Below the pieces are notes generated by a model. That model had not been told where the DNA came from. It did no database searches and saw only the letters and a list, made by a program, of their open reading frames with translations. DNA of 64,000 bases from an uncultured delta proteobacterium (GTDB taxonomy: Bacteria > Desulfobacterota > Binatia > UBA9968). The translations under genes and the position numbers were made by a program. The stretch spans positions 288,001 through 352,000 of the forward strand of contig CAVUZH010000003.1 of NCBI GenBank assembly GCA_963745835.1. Reading direction: 5' to 3'. Shown one piece after another: positions 29,271-39,032 of this stretch. How positions within the stretch are numbered: position 1 is the stretch's first letter; each line of letters opens with the position of its first letter.

Positions 29271-30266
29271 ATGAATCGAAAAACATCCGTATGCGCCATA
29301 ACTGTTTTTTTTCTTTGCATCGGTTGGCGTGCCATGGCGCAGGACAAAGTTAGAATGGGGTTGAGCTCGGTGAGCGGTTTGCACACCGCTGTGTGGGTGG
29401 CTGAAACAAAAGGACTCTTTCGCAAACATGGCATCGATCCTGAAGTGATCGTCACCGGCCAGGGTGGGACCGCCGGCATCAGTGCGCTCATCGCCAACGA
29501 CGTGCAGATGGTGAATTCAGCCGGCGATGTCTTGGTCGCAGCTTCGTTGCGCGGCGGCGATACGGTCATGGTCGCCAGTGTTGTCAACAAAGGACTGCAA
29601 CGACTTATTACCAAGCCGGATATAACAACGCCCGCGGAGCTGAAGGGAAAGCGGGTTGGCGTCACTCGCATCGGCGCGGTTTCCCATTCGGTTCTGCTCA
29701 TGATGCTGCAACGATGGAAGATGAGCGTGAATGATGTCCAGGTCCTTCAACTCGGTTCCTCGCCGAGTATGCTGGCGAGCCTCGACAAGGGAGGTATCGA
29801 AGGAGCCGTGGTGACGATTCCTTCGATGTTCGTCGCCGAAGATCGCGGTTATAAAGTGTTGCTCGACATGGCGGATACGGATATTTACTACCTGCACACG
29901 ATGGTCGCGACAACGCGCCAATACATCAAGAACAATCGCGACAAAGTGGTGCGATTTCTCAAGGGTTACGTCGAAGGAATTGCGTTCGTCAAGCATAACA
30001 AGCAGGAGAGTTTGGACATCGTCAAGAAGAAGCTTCGCATCGGTCCCGAGCAGGAAAAAAACCTGGAACGCTCCATAGATCTGTTAATCGCGAAATACTA
30101 CGAGTCTGTGCCATATCCGTCATTGCGCGGCGTCGAAACGGTGCTCGGCTTCATCGAAAAGGACAATCCGAAAGCCAAAGGCGCGGACCCTAAAATGTTT
30201 GTCGATGATAGCCTGCTGCGCGAGATCGAGGCGAGCGGCTTCGTAAAAACACTTTACCAACGTTAG
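29271..30266 (+). CDS. ABC substrate-binding protein, NMT1/SsuA-like
   Basis: Signal peptide; 'GLFRKHGID', 'LKGKRVG', 'FVDDSLLREIEASGF'. Confidence 0.9.
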   Translation: MNRKTSVCAITVFFLCIGWRAMAQDKVRMGLSSVSGLHTAVWVAETKGLFRKHGIDPEVIVTGQGGTAGISALIANDVQMVNSAGDVLVAASLRGGDTVMVASVVNKGLQRLITKPDITTPAELKGKRVGVTRIGAVSHSVLLMMLQRWKMSVNDVQVLQLGSSPSMLASLDKGGIEGAVVTIPSMFVAEDRGYKVLLDMADTDIYYLHTMVATTRQYIKNNRDKVVRFLKGYVEGIAFVKHNKQESLDIVKKKLRIGPEQEKNLERSIDLLIAKYYESVPYPSLRGVETVLGFIEKDNPKAKGADPKMFVDDSLLREIEASGFVKTLYQR

Positions 30267-30300
30267 GCGACTTTGATATGGAGCGAGGATAGTATCATCC

Positions 30301-30450
30301 AGCAGGCTGCTGAAAAAGACTCATATGCTTCGTTGCGCTCGAATCGCCTCACTGCAACGTACTGTAAGTACGTCTCCGCTTGTCGATTTTTCACGCGCCT
30401 CGCCTCTGAATCTTTTTGAGCAGCCTGCAAGAGGTTTTTCAGCCAGCTGC
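30301..30450 (+). mobile_element. MITE-like repeat, copy 2
   Basis: AGCAGGCTGCTGAAAAAGACTCATATGCTTCGTTGCGCTC...CTTTTTGAGCAGCCTG...GTTTTTCAGCC. Confidence 0.8.
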
Positions 30451-30500
30451 AAAATTAACCGTAAGAAAAACTAACGAGAGAACATAAGGAGGAAAGAACA

Positions 30501-31334
30501 ATGGCAGAAGTAAAGGATTTCAAAACCGTCAAAGTTGAAAAAGACCAGGGCATCGCCTGGGTCATTCTTAATCGTCCCGAGAAGCGCAACGCGATGAATC
30601 CCCAGCTGCACTACGACATGCTCGAGGCGCTTACCGAACTGGAAGTCGACAAGGACAGCAAAGTTGTCGTGATCACCGGCGCTGGTCCGAGCTGGTGCGC
30701 CGGTCAGGACCTGCGCGAATATTTCAGGGGAACCGATACCAACCCGGTGGAAAGGCGAAAAGCCAGCTGGGCCTCTCAGGAGTGGCGCTGGCGCCGGCTA
30801 TTTACCTTTCCGAAACCGACCATTGCGATGGTCAACGGCTTTTGTTTCGGCGGCGCGTTTACGCCATTGATCGCCTGTGATTTCGCGATTGCCGCCGAGG
30901 ATGCGGTCTTTGGACTAAGCGAAATCAACTGGGGGATCTTTCCCGGCGGGCTGGTGAGCCGGGTACTAGCCGATGCCATGTGCTACCGAGATGCGATGTG
31001 GTACATCATGACCGGCGATCCGTTTGACGGTAAAAAGGCTGCGGAATTGAAGCTGATCAATTACGCTGTGCCGAAAGAACAACTGCGCGACGAGACCGTC
31101 AAGCTTGCCAAGAAATTGATGGAAAAAAATCCCCAGGTGCTCAGAGCCGCCAAGGAAGTTTTCAAGTACTGCCGCACCATGGATTACAATCAGGCAGAAG
31201 AGTATATGAGCGCCAAGGGCACTGCGCTTCGTCTGACCGATCCGGAAAAGGGCCGTGAGACGGGGATGAAACAGTTCCTGGATGAGAAGACCTATCGGCC
31301 GGGGCTGGGCGCTTACAACCGCGAGGCCAAGTAG
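30501..31334 (+). CDS. ech: p-Hydroxycinnamoyl-CoA hydratase/lyase (feruloyl-CoA hydratase-lyase type)
   Basis: Crotonase fold; 'WCAGQDLREYF', 'FGLSEINWGI.PGGLV', C-terminal 'GMKQFLDEK..RPGLGAY' typical of HCHL. Confidence 0.88.
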   Translation: MAEVKDFKTVKVEKDQGIAWVILNRPEKRNAMNPQLHYDMLEALTELEVDKDSKVVVITGAGPSWCAGQDLREYFRGTDTNPVERRKASWASQEWRWRRLFTFPKPTIAMVNGFCFGGAFTPLIACDFAIAAEDAVFGLSEINWGIFPGGLVSRVLADAMCYRDAMWYIMTGDPFDGKKAAELKLINYAVPKEQLRDETVKLAKKLMEKNPQVLRAAKEVFKYCRTMDYNQAEEYMSAKGTALRLTDPEKGRETGMKQFLDEKTYRPGLGAYNREAK

Positions 31335-31383
31335 GTTCTAATTTTCAAATTGGTCTTTGAAATAAGTCTAAAGTAATCGGGTG

Positions 31384-31410
31384 TGGACGGGCTTGATTAA
31401 GCCCCGTCCA
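31384..31410. repeat. REP-like palindrome
   Basis: TGGACGGGCTT-GATT-AAGCCCCGTCCA (one bulged C). Confidence 0.5.
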
Positions 31411-31439
31411 AATCCCGAAAGAAGCGAGACGGAGCCGAG

Positions 31440-32603
31440 GTGGACTTCAATTTACCCGAAGAGTTGCAGCTCTTAAAAGAGACCGTTCGCAAATTCGTCG
31501 ACAGAGAGCTGATTCCGTTGGAGCGCGAGTGCCGGCCTGAGGGCGAGGACATGCCGGAACAATACATCAAACCGCTCCAGGAGAAAGCGAAGGCTATCGG
31601 TCTTTGGCTGTTGGACGTGCCGCCTGAGTACGGCGGCGCGGGCCTCGATCTGATGAGCCGTTGCGTCATCATGGAAGAGGTCGCGCGCACGGTTGCGATT
31701 CCGTTTCGCTATGCGCCGATCTTTGGCCCGGAAGTCCGGCCGGTGCTGTTTCATTGTAACGAGGAACAGAAGGAACGTTTTCTTTACCCGGTGATACGCG
31801 GCGAGAAACGCGTTTGCTTCGCGCAAACCGAACCCGACGCCGGTAGCGATCCGGCAGGCATGAAAACCCGCGCCGTCAAGAATGGCGATCAGTACATTAT
31901 CAATGGCACAAAACGTTTCATCACCGGCGCCAAGTCGGCGGATTACGCTCAGGTGATCGCTGTGACCGATCCGGAAAAAGGCGCGCGTGGCGGCGTAACC
32001 TGTTTCATCGTCGATATGAAAGCGCCGGGCGTCACGTTGGAGCGCCTGTGGCCAACGATGATGGGCGACACGCCCGGACAGATTCTCTTCGAAGATGTGC
32101 GCGTGCCGGCGGCGAACATCATCGGCGGCGAGGGCCAGGGCTTTGCGATCGCCCAGGGCTGGATACAAGAGGGACGCATTCGCGGCCACGGCGCGCGCCC
32201 GGTCGGCATCGCCAGCCGCGCGCTGGATATGATGATCGAATATTCCAAGGTGCGCACCACTTTCGGCCGCCCGCTGGCTGACCGGCAGGCGATTCAGTTC
32301 ATGATCGCGGATTCGGCGATGGAGCTGCACGCTTGCCGGCTGATGGTCTATGAGTGTGCCTGGCGTCATGACCGCGGCGAGGATGTCCGGCAATTATCTT
32401 ACATGACCAAAATCATGTGCGCCGAAATGGCCAGCCGGGTAGTCGACCGATCGATTCAAGTACATGGCGGATTAGGGTTGATGCGGGATCTGCCGCTCGA
32501 GTGGTGGTATCGTCAGGTGCGCAGTATCCGCATTACCGAAGGAACTCCGGAAGTTTTGCGTTGGCGTCTCGCTCAGCACATCATCAAGAATCACAAATCC
32601 TGA
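31440..32603 (+). CDS. Acyl-CoA dehydrogenase
   Basis: 'FAQTEPDAGSD', 'NGTKRFIT', 'QVHGGLG', 'RITEGTPEV'. Confidence 0.95.
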   Translation: MDFNLPEELQLLKETVRKFVDRELIPLERECRPEGEDMPEQYIKPLQEKAKAIGLWLLDVPPEYGGAGLDLMSRCVIMEEVARTVAIPFRYAPIFGPEVRPVLFHCNEEQKERFLYPVIRGEKRVCFAQTEPDAGSDPAGMKTRAVKNGDQYIINGTKRFITGAKSADYAQVIAVTDPEKGARGGVTCFIVDMKAPGVTLERLWPTMMGDTPGQILFEDVRVPAANIIGGEGQGFAIAQGWIQEGRIRGHGARPVGIASRALDMMIEYSKVRTTFGRPLADRQAIQFMIADSAMELHACRLMVYECAWRHDRGEDVRQLSYMTKIMCAEMASRVVDRSIQVHGGLGLMRDLPLEWWYRQVRSIRITEGTPEVLRWRLAQHIIKNHKS

Positions 32604-32750
32604 CAGGCTGCTGAAAAGACTCATATGCTTGGTTGCGCTCGTCCGACTCGCTTCAACGTACTGAAGCGTACGCCTCAGCTCATCGAACTTCGCGCGCCTT
32701 GCATCTGACGTCTTTTGAGCAGCCTACGGCGAATGTTTTCGGAAACTAGC
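32603..32750 (+). mobile_element. MITE-like repeat, copy 3 (fills the whole intergenic space)
   Basis: ACAGGCTGCTGAAAAGACTCATATGC...TCTTTTGAGCAGCCT...GTTTTCGGAAACTAGC. Confidence 0.78.
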
Positions 32751-32751
32751 A

Positions 32752-33960
32752 ATGATCAACACGAGTGAATCGGCGGCGCTTCTGCCGGGATACCGAGTTC
32801 TCGATCTGACATCGTCCATGGGCGCGCTATGCGGTAAATTGCTCGGCGACATGGGCATGGACGTCATCAAAATCGAACCCCCGCAAGGGGACTCGGCCCG
32901 CTCCGAGCCGCCCTTTGCCAAGCGCCATGCGCACCGCGAAGGCAGTCTCCGCTTCGCTTATCTCAACGCCGGCAAGCGAAGTATTACATTAGATATTACA
33001 AAACCGCACGGTAAGCGGTTGCTAATGCGCCTGGTGAAGAGTGCCGATATCGTACTCGAAACTTTCGCGCCGGGTTTTCTCGCGTCGCACAATTTGGGTT
33101 ATAGCGATCTGATCGAGACGCAAAACAAACTTATCCTGGTGTCGCTGACGGGCTTCGGCCAAGACGGACCCTACGCGCATTTCAAGGCGCCGGACATCGT
33201 CGGCACCGCCATGGGTGGATTACTCTACATCAGCGGCGACCCGAAGATGGCACCCTGCAATCCGCCGGAAACTCAATCGTATTACTATGCCAGCCTATTC
33301 GCCGCCTACGGCATTACCCTGGCTCTCTGGCAGCGGGAGACCCGAGGCATCGGTGCGTACATTGACGCTTCCGTTCAAGCCAGTATGGCGCTGCACGAAC
33401 ATGTGGCCTTCAACTATTCCGCCGAGGGCCGGGTGATGAAGCGTGCCGGCAGCCAGCACCAGCACAATGCGCCAGCGAATCTGTTTGAATGCAAGAATGG
33501 CTACATCGCGCTGTTTGTCACCCAGGCTCATTGGCCGTTGTTGCTCAAAGTCTGGGAAGATCACGCGCCGGAGCTCGACGATCCCAAATGGATCAACAGC
33601 AACCTGCGGCGTGCTAACGCTGAGTATATTAATGCGCAAGTGACCTCGTTCACATCCCGCTTCCTCAAAGAAGATCTCGCCGAACTGATGCAGAAGCACG
33701 GCATACCGGGGCTGCCGGTCAACACGCCATCGGATTTTATGAAGGACCCGCACATCCGGGCGCGAGGTTTCTTCGCCACCGTGACACATCCTGTGCTCGG
33801 ATCGTTCGAGCAACCGGGAAGTCCGTTTATGGTGAATGGTCAACGCGCGGCGCCGGCGCCCGCGCCGCTTTTGGGCCAGCACAATCAGGAGATCTTTTGC
33901 GGCGAGCTCGGTTTCGAACTGAATGAATTGGCAGTTCTGGCGGCGGATGGTGTGATCTAA
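32752..33960 (+). CDS. Family III CoA-transferase, BbsE-like subunit
   Basis: 'LGDMGMDVIKIEPP', 'NAGKRSITL', 'GFGQDGPY'; the usual catalytic Asp position reads 'QSYY'. Confidence 0.88.
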   Translation: MINTSESAALLPGYRVLDLTSSMGALCGKLLGDMGMDVIKIEPPQGDSARSEPPFAKRHAHREGSLRFAYLNAGKRSITLDITKPHGKRLLMRLVKSADIVLETFAPGFLASHNLGYSDLIETQNKLILVSLTGFGQDGPYAHFKAPDIVGTAMGGLLYISGDPKMAPCNPPETQSYYYASLFAAYGITLALWQRETRGIGAYIDASVQASMALHEHVAFNYSAEGRVMKRAGSQHQHNAPANLFECKNGYIALFVTQAHWPLLLKVWEDHAPELDDPKWINSNLRRANAEYINAQVTSFTSRFLKEDLAELMQKHGIPGLPVNTPSDFMKDPHIRARGFFATVTHPVLGSFEQPGSPFMVNGQRAAPAPAPLLGQHNQEIFCGELGFELNELAVLAADGVI

Positions 33961-34039
33961 AAACAATCTCAAGTATCAGATTTCAAATTTTATATGGCAG
34001 TAAAAAAGGATATTCCAGGAGCGAGAGTTTACGTTGTCG

Positions 34040-34197
34040 CTAGCAGTGTGCCGAAAAACTCTGTTTGCAGGCTGCTCAAAAAGATCTCAGAGGCAAGGCG
34101 CGAGAAAATTGACGAGCAGAGGCGTACTTGCTCAGTACGTTGATGTGAGGCGATTGAGCGCAACGAAGCATATGAGGCTTTTTCAGCACCCTGCTAG
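34040..34197 (-). mobile_element. MITE-like repeat, copy 4 (inverted, CTAG at both ends)
   Basis: CTAGCAGTGTGCCGAAAAACTC...GCAGGCTGCTCAAAAAG...GCATATGAGGCTTTTTCAGCACCCTGCTAG. Confidence 0.82.
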
Positions 34198-34218
34198 AGC
34201 TAGGAGATCGGAGCAACT

Positions 34219-35433
34219 GTGTTGAGCGCGAATCGCATATTGGAAGGGGTGCGAATCCTCACCTTCACGACCGGGTACGCCGGTCCCTATGCCGGCAGGT
34301 TGCTGGCGAGCTACGGCGCTGAGGTCATCAAAATTGAGTCCCGAAAAGGCGGCCTCGACACTTTCCGCCATTACGGACAACACCAAGACATCGACGCGGC
34401 GCCGCGCTTCATCGAGTGCAATCTCGGCGTTCGCTCGCTGAGCGTCAATCTCAAGCATCCGATTGGCCAGCGGCTAATTAAAGAGCTCGCCGGAAAAGCC
34501 GACGCGATTTTGCAAAATTTCCGTCCCAGAGTATTGGATAAACTCGGTTTAGGCGATGACGAGCTTCGCAAAGTTAATCCTAAGCTTGCGATTCTTAAAA
34601 TGCCCGGCTTCGGCTCCGACGGACCCAAGAGCAGCTATGGAACGTGGGGGTTCAATTTAACCGCCTTCTCAGGCATGACCTATCTGTGGAATCATCCGGA
34701 ACAGGACCGCCCCATCGGCAGCCAGGGAGTGTATCCCGATCATTTGGGATTCATCATCGGACCGACCTTGATGGTCGCTGCCTTATTAAACAGCCGCCGG
34801 ACGGGGAAAGGAGTCACCATCGATTTGGCGCAGATCGAAGGCACCGCTTATACGCTCGGCACGACCTATCTCGAAGCCTCGGTTAACGGCGATGATCCAA
34901 AACCCCAAGGGAATCATTATGGAGTGGCGGCGCCGCATGGCTGTTACCGGTGCCGGGGCGATGATCGATGGTGCGTGATCTCAGTGCGAAATGATGATCA
35001 ATGGCGCAGTTTCTGCCGCATTGTCGATGCGCCGCAGTTGACGGGCGACAGCCGGTTTGCCGATCGTCAGGCGCGACTCAAGCATTCATCCGAACTCGAT
35101 GCCATCGTGCAACAGTGGACGGAAAAAAGAAGCGCGGAAGACATAATGACCAAGCTCCAATCCGCGGGCGTTGCAGCCGGCGTGGTGCAAACTGGTGCCG
35201 ACTTACTGAACGATCCGCAGCTGAGGCATCGAAACTACTTCGCGGCGTTTCCTGATTCTCTCATCGGCGCGTTTGAAGTCCCGCGCGGCGGCATTCTATT
35301 CAAAGGAATGGAGGAAGAGCCTTTTCGTTTGCCCAATCGATTTGGTTCCGACAATGATCAGATTCTCGGCGAAATCCTGGGGTACGATAAAGTGACCATC
35401 GATCAATGGCGCGGGGAAGATGTTCTTACTTGA
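34219..35433 (+). CDS. Family III CoA-transferase, BbsF-like subunit
   Basis: 'AGPYAGRLLASYGAEVIKIES', 'NFRP', 'VYPDH', 'APHGCYRC'. Confidence 0.9.
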   Translation: MLSANRILEGVRILTFTTGYAGPYAGRLLASYGAEVIKIESRKGGLDTFRHYGQHQDIDAAPRFIECNLGVRSLSVNLKHPIGQRLIKELAGKADAILQNFRPRVLDKLGLGDDELRKVNPKLAILKMPGFGSDGPKSSYGTWGFNLTAFSGMTYLWNHPEQDRPIGSQGVYPDHLGFIIGPTLMVAALLNSRRTGKGVTIDLAQIEGTAYTLGTTYLEASVNGDDPKPQGNHYGVAAPHGCYRCRGDDRWCVISVRNDDQWRSFCRIVDAPQLTGDSRFADRQARLKHSSELDAIVQQWTEKRSAEDIMTKLQSAGVAAGVVQTGADLLNDPQLRHRNYFAAFPDSLIGAFEVPRGGILFKGMEEEPFRLPNRFGSDNDQILGEILGYDKVTIDQWRGEDVLT

Positions 35434-35469
35434 CGGCCATCGCGAACAGCTTTCCCAAGGGAGGCGCTC

Positions 35470-36453
35470 ATGTTGGTGAAGTCCTCTGTCATTGTAACGA
35501 CTGTGCTGTTTCTCCTGCATGCTGCACCATGCGGCTCCCAAGAAAGGATCAAGCTTCGTGTTAGCTCGGCGACCAAGACGCTCGGCTACGGTCCGCTGTG
35601 GATTGCGTCGAAGATGGGTTTCTTCGAACGCCAGGGACTCGATGTCGATTTGGTGGTCATTCGCGCGTCCGACGTGGGTATTCAGGCGCTGGCCGGAGGT
35701 TCGCTGGAAATTGCCGGGAGCTCCGCCGACGCGCCGATTGCCGCCGTTGAAAAGGGACTCGATCTGGTAATGGTTGGCGGCATCATCAACGGACTTACCC
35801 AGTCGATAATGGCTGCCAAGAAGTACAAAACCTACGCCGATTTGCGTGGCGCGACCTTCGGAGCCATAAGTCTGACTTCCGGTGTGACGTTTGCGCTCAG
35901 GCAGGTGCTGAAGGTCAAAGGCCTGGAGTATCCGCGCGATTACAAGCTTCTCGTCATCGGCGGAACGCCGCAGACGTACGCGGCTTTGACCGCCGGCCAG
36001 ATCGACGCAGCGGCGCTCTCGCTGCCGGTCAATTACGCCGCGGAAGAGCAGGGCTTCAATGAAATCGGCAAATTCGTCGATGTGATTCCCAACTATCAGC
36101 TTGCGGCGTTCTCGCTGAAGCGCTCCTGGGGAGAGAAAAACCGGCCGGTTGTGATGCGCTTCTCGAAGGCCATGGCCCAGACCATGCGCTGGATCTATCA
36201 AAACAAACAACCAGCGGTGGATTTCCTCGCCAAAGAAATGAACCTCAAACCCGACCATGCCAGGCGCGGGTGGGAGTTTTATACGGGCAGCCGCATGTGG
36301 CATCCCAACGGCGATATCAACCTGGACGGCCTCCAGGTGGTCACCCAGATTTACGCCGAACAAACCCAAGCCAAAGGTCCGCTATCGAATGCGGTCAAAT
36401 ATGTCGATCAGAGTTATCTTAAAGAAGCGCTCAAAGAGCTTGGGAGCCAATAG
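35470..36453 (+). CDS. ABC substrate-binding protein, NMT1/SsuA-like
   Basis: Signal peptide; 'GFFERQGLDV', 'GQIDAA', 'YVDQSYL'. Confidence 0.9.
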   Translation: MLVKSSVIVTTVLFLLHAAPCGSQERIKLRVSSATKTLGYGPLWIASKMGFFERQGLDVDLVVIRASDVGIQALAGGSLEIAGSSADAPIAAVEKGLDLVMVGGIINGLTQSIMAAKKYKTYADLRGATFGAISLTSGVTFALRQVLKVKGLEYPRDYKLLVIGGTPQTYAALTAGQIDAAALSLPVNYAAEEQGFNEIGKFVDVIPNYQLAAFSLKRSWGEKNRPVVMRFSKAMAQTMRWIYQNKQPAVDFLAKEMNLKPDHARRGWEFYTGSRMWHPNGDINLDGLQVVTQIYAEQTQAKGPLSNAVKYVDQSYLKEALKELGSQ

Positions 36454-36476
36454 CGGTTTGCCGGGCGAAAGACACT

Positions 36477-37520
36477 ATGAACAAACTCATTTCTACGGCT
36501 GTTTGTTGCTTGACCGCACTGGTTGCTCTGGGTCCGTTTTCAAGCCATGCAGCGGAAGCAGCTACCGCGGATTTTTACCAGGGAAAGACAGTACGTATCT
36601 TGGTCGGCTATCCGCCCGGAGGCGGCTATGATTTTTACGCACGCCTCATGGCGCGCTACATCGGCAAGTACATTCCCGGCAATCCCGATTTTATAGTGGA
36701 AAACATGCCTGGGGCCGGGAGCTTGGCTTCAGCAAACTACCTATACAAGCTGGCAAAGAACGACGGGCTGACCTTGGGACATTTCAGCGGCTCGTTGTTT
36801 CCGCTCCAAGCAATGGGCCAAAACGAAATCCAGTTCGATTCGGTAAAGTTCGAATACATCGGCGGCGTAGCGAAGGTGGAAATCGTCTGCGGCTTTCCAA
36901 AAGCCGGCGGCGTCGACAGTGTCGAGAAATGGATGGCGCTGAAGACTCCGCCTAGGCTGGGGGCCACCGCTCCTGGAACCGGCGGTCACGACACTTCGCG
37001 GGTAATCCACGCGACCACCGGGCTGCCAATGCAACTAGTGCTCGGTTATAAGAGTACCGGAGATATGCGCCTGGCCATCGAAAGAGGCGAGCTCAATGGA
37101 ACTTGCAACGGCTGGGAAACCTTTCGCTCGCTGTGGAAAAAATCGATCGAAAGCGGCGATCTGACAATTGTCTTGCAAGCGTTGCCCAAACCGCATGCGG
37201 ATCTGCCCCAAGTTCCGCTGGTTATCGATTACGCCAAGACCGAGGAGGCGCGCCGATTGATCCAATTAGGTATTCACGACGTCAGCGCAATCGCGAGGCC
37301 GTTTGTGCTCCCGCCGGGAACTGCCAAGGACCGCGTCCAACTTTTCCGTCAGGCTTTTTGGGCGACCATGAGCGATGCCGGTTTTCTGGCCGACGCGGAA
37401 AAATCAAATCTCGATATTAGTCCGCTGAGTGGCGAGGAATTAGAGAGAACTGTTCATGGCCTAGTGAAAACCAATCCCGCCTTGTTGTCGAGACTCAAGC
37501 AGATTCTTACCCCGCAATAG
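36477..37520 (+). CDS. Tripartite tricarboxylate transporter substrate-binding protein (Bug/TctC)
   Basis: 'VGYPPGGGYD', 'VENMPGAG', 'DGLT', 'RPFVLPPG'. Confidence 0.9.
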   Translation: MNKLISTAVCCLTALVALGPFSSHAAEAATADFYQGKTVRILVGYPPGGGYDFYARLMARYIGKYIPGNPDFIVENMPGAGSLASANYLYKLAKNDGLTLGHFSGSLFPLQAMGQNEIQFDSVKFEYIGGVAKVEIVCGFPKAGGVDSVEKWMALKTPPRLGATAPGTGGHDTSRVIHATTGLPMQLVLGYKSTGDMRLAIERGELNGTCNGWETFRSLWKKSIESGDLTIVLQALPKPHADLPQVPLVIDYAKTEEARRLIQLGIHDVSAIARPFVLPPGTAKDRVQLFRQAFWATMSDAGFLADAEKSNLDISPLSGEELERTVHGLVKTNPALLSRLKQILTPQ

Positions 37521-37859
37521 TGTCGGTATACTGCCGATGCCACAACCAAACACAATCTAGCCGGCCACGGCGCGCCACCGCCGCGAATCAAGTCATTAGC
37601 AGAGAATCGCTCGGCCATATCGAAAGAGCAGCGTAACCTCTGCTCGGATATAAACGCGACACGGTTGGCGCATTTTTCGGCCCCGGACAGTCAGTCATGC
37701 TCTACTTCGCGCCCGTCTCTTCATTGAGCCATAGCAACTTCGGCTACAGTGTGTACCCAAAGTTGCGCTTTCGATCCCCGGTCAACCTGCAAGTTTACGC
37801 ACGTTTAGAACTCTTGCCGCAATCTCGGCACTCGTTAGTCTGAAAGTTCTCCCCCAAGC

Positions 37860-37876
37860 TTGGCATTCACGTTGCT
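37860..37876 (+). promoter_or_regulatory. Sigma54 -24/-12 promoter
   Basis: TTGGCATTCACGTTGCT: GG(37862)-N10-GC(37874), matching TGGCAY-N5-TTGCW. Confidence 0.6.
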
Positions 37877-37943
37877 CTCGGAGGTAATCGCGTTGGCGCA
37901 TCTTGATAACTGAGATCGGCGCATGGTTGGGGACATCGTCGAA

Positions 37944-38174
37944 ATGAAGGCTAAAATAATCCCGCTCTATGGCGTTGCAAAAAGCAAGACGTCGTGTTCC
38001 CCGTCGAAGAAGCACCAGCATCGTTGCCCACTGTGCCGGAGAATGACGATGGAAACCGACGAAGTCTGCGGGTTGTCTATTGATCATGTATTTGCGTGCG
38101 TGCCATGCCTGAAAGAGTATCGTTCCCGTCTGGAATCAGATAGCGACGTCGTTGGCGACATTGATCTTGTCTAA
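37944..38174 (+). CDS. Small hypothetical protein with two CxxC motifs (possible zinc ribbon)
   Basis: 'HRCPLC' and 'ACVPC'; sigma54-like promoter upstream. Confidence 0.5.
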   Translation: MKAKIIPLYGVAKSKTSCSPSKKHQHRCPLCRRMTMETDEVCGLSIDHVFACVPCLKEYRSRLESDSDVVGDIDLV

Positions 38175-38269
38175 CGAACTTTTCTTTACCGGCTAGTCGC
38201 GAAACAACTCTTGAATATTATTTTAAGCGAACCTAAACTTAGCGATCATGTTTTTCGGATTTGCGCTGA

Positions 38270-38806
38270 GTGACTAGCCCGCCTGAAACCTTCGAAAGCG
38301 AACGGCTGCAACTGCGAAAACCGGTCTTGGCCGATGCTGAGGAGATCTTTCGTCAATATGCCCAAGATGCTGAAGTCACCAAATATTTAACCTGGCTGCC
38401 TTACGGCAAAGTCGACGAGACTCGCGCATTCATTCGGAGTTGCCTGGCTACTTGGCAGGAAGGCAATTCCTATCATTGGACCCTGCTACGCAAGGAGGAC
38501 GGCCAGCTCCTGGGTATGATCAACGCCAGAGTCGACGGTCACAAGTGGGAACTCGGTTATGTCCTGGCTCGGAGATATTGGGGCAGAGGATACATGACCG
38601 AGGCGGTCAAGTCGCTCATCGATACTGCCTTCAAAGACCCTGCGGTTTACCGCGTCTGGGCCGTGTGTGATATCAATAACGTGGCGTCGGCCCGGGTAAT
38701 GGAAAAGGCCGGCATGCAACGAGAAGGACTCCTGCGCCGCTGGTCAGTTCATCCGACCATCGGCGCCGAACCGCGCGATTCTTTTTGCTATTCCATCACC
38801 AAGTAA
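38270..38806 (+). CDS. GNAT N-acetyltransferase, RimJ/RimL family
   Basis: 'ERLQLR', 'ELGY', 'YWGRGYMTEA', 'NVASARVMEKAGM'. Confidence 0.92.
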   Translation: MTSPPETFESERLQLRKPVLADAEEIFRQYAQDAEVTKYLTWLPYGKVDETRAFIRSCLATWQEGNSYHWTLLRKEDGQLLGMINARVDGHKWELGYVLARRYWGRGYMTEAVKSLIDTAFKDPAVYRVWAVCDINNVASARVMEKAGMQREGLLRRWSVHPTIGAEPRDSFCYSITK

Positions 38807-38821
38807 TCCCTAACGAATCAC

Positions 38822-38890
38822 AAGGATGAAAGCGGAAATCTGAAAGCGGAATCCAATTTTCAGGTTTCATCTTTCATAATTCATCTTTCC
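38822..38890. repeat. 7-mer tandem/inverted repeat element, followed by a partial MITE end (38890-38925)
   Basis: AAGGATGAA-AGCGGAA-ATCTGAA-AGCGGAA ... TTTCAGG-TTTCATC-TTTCATA-ATTCATC-TTT, then CAGCAGCCTG...GAGTTTTTCA. Confidence 0.65.
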
Positions 38891-39032
38891 AGCAGCCTGT
38901 AACCAGAGTTTTTCATCAGACTGAGGTAGTCGCGAGCTTCCTTGTTATTGTAAAAACCGTCGATTAGGATGGCGTGCAAAGCGGCACGAGTGCGCTTGCA
39001 ATCAGAGATGTCAATTTGATGGCTTCTTCGAG

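Noticed and set aside
35296-36369. Long antisense ORFs (also 31473-32393, 33295-33972, 8703-9452)
   Set aside because: Shadow frames of GC-rich genes on the opposite strand, with no protein motifs.
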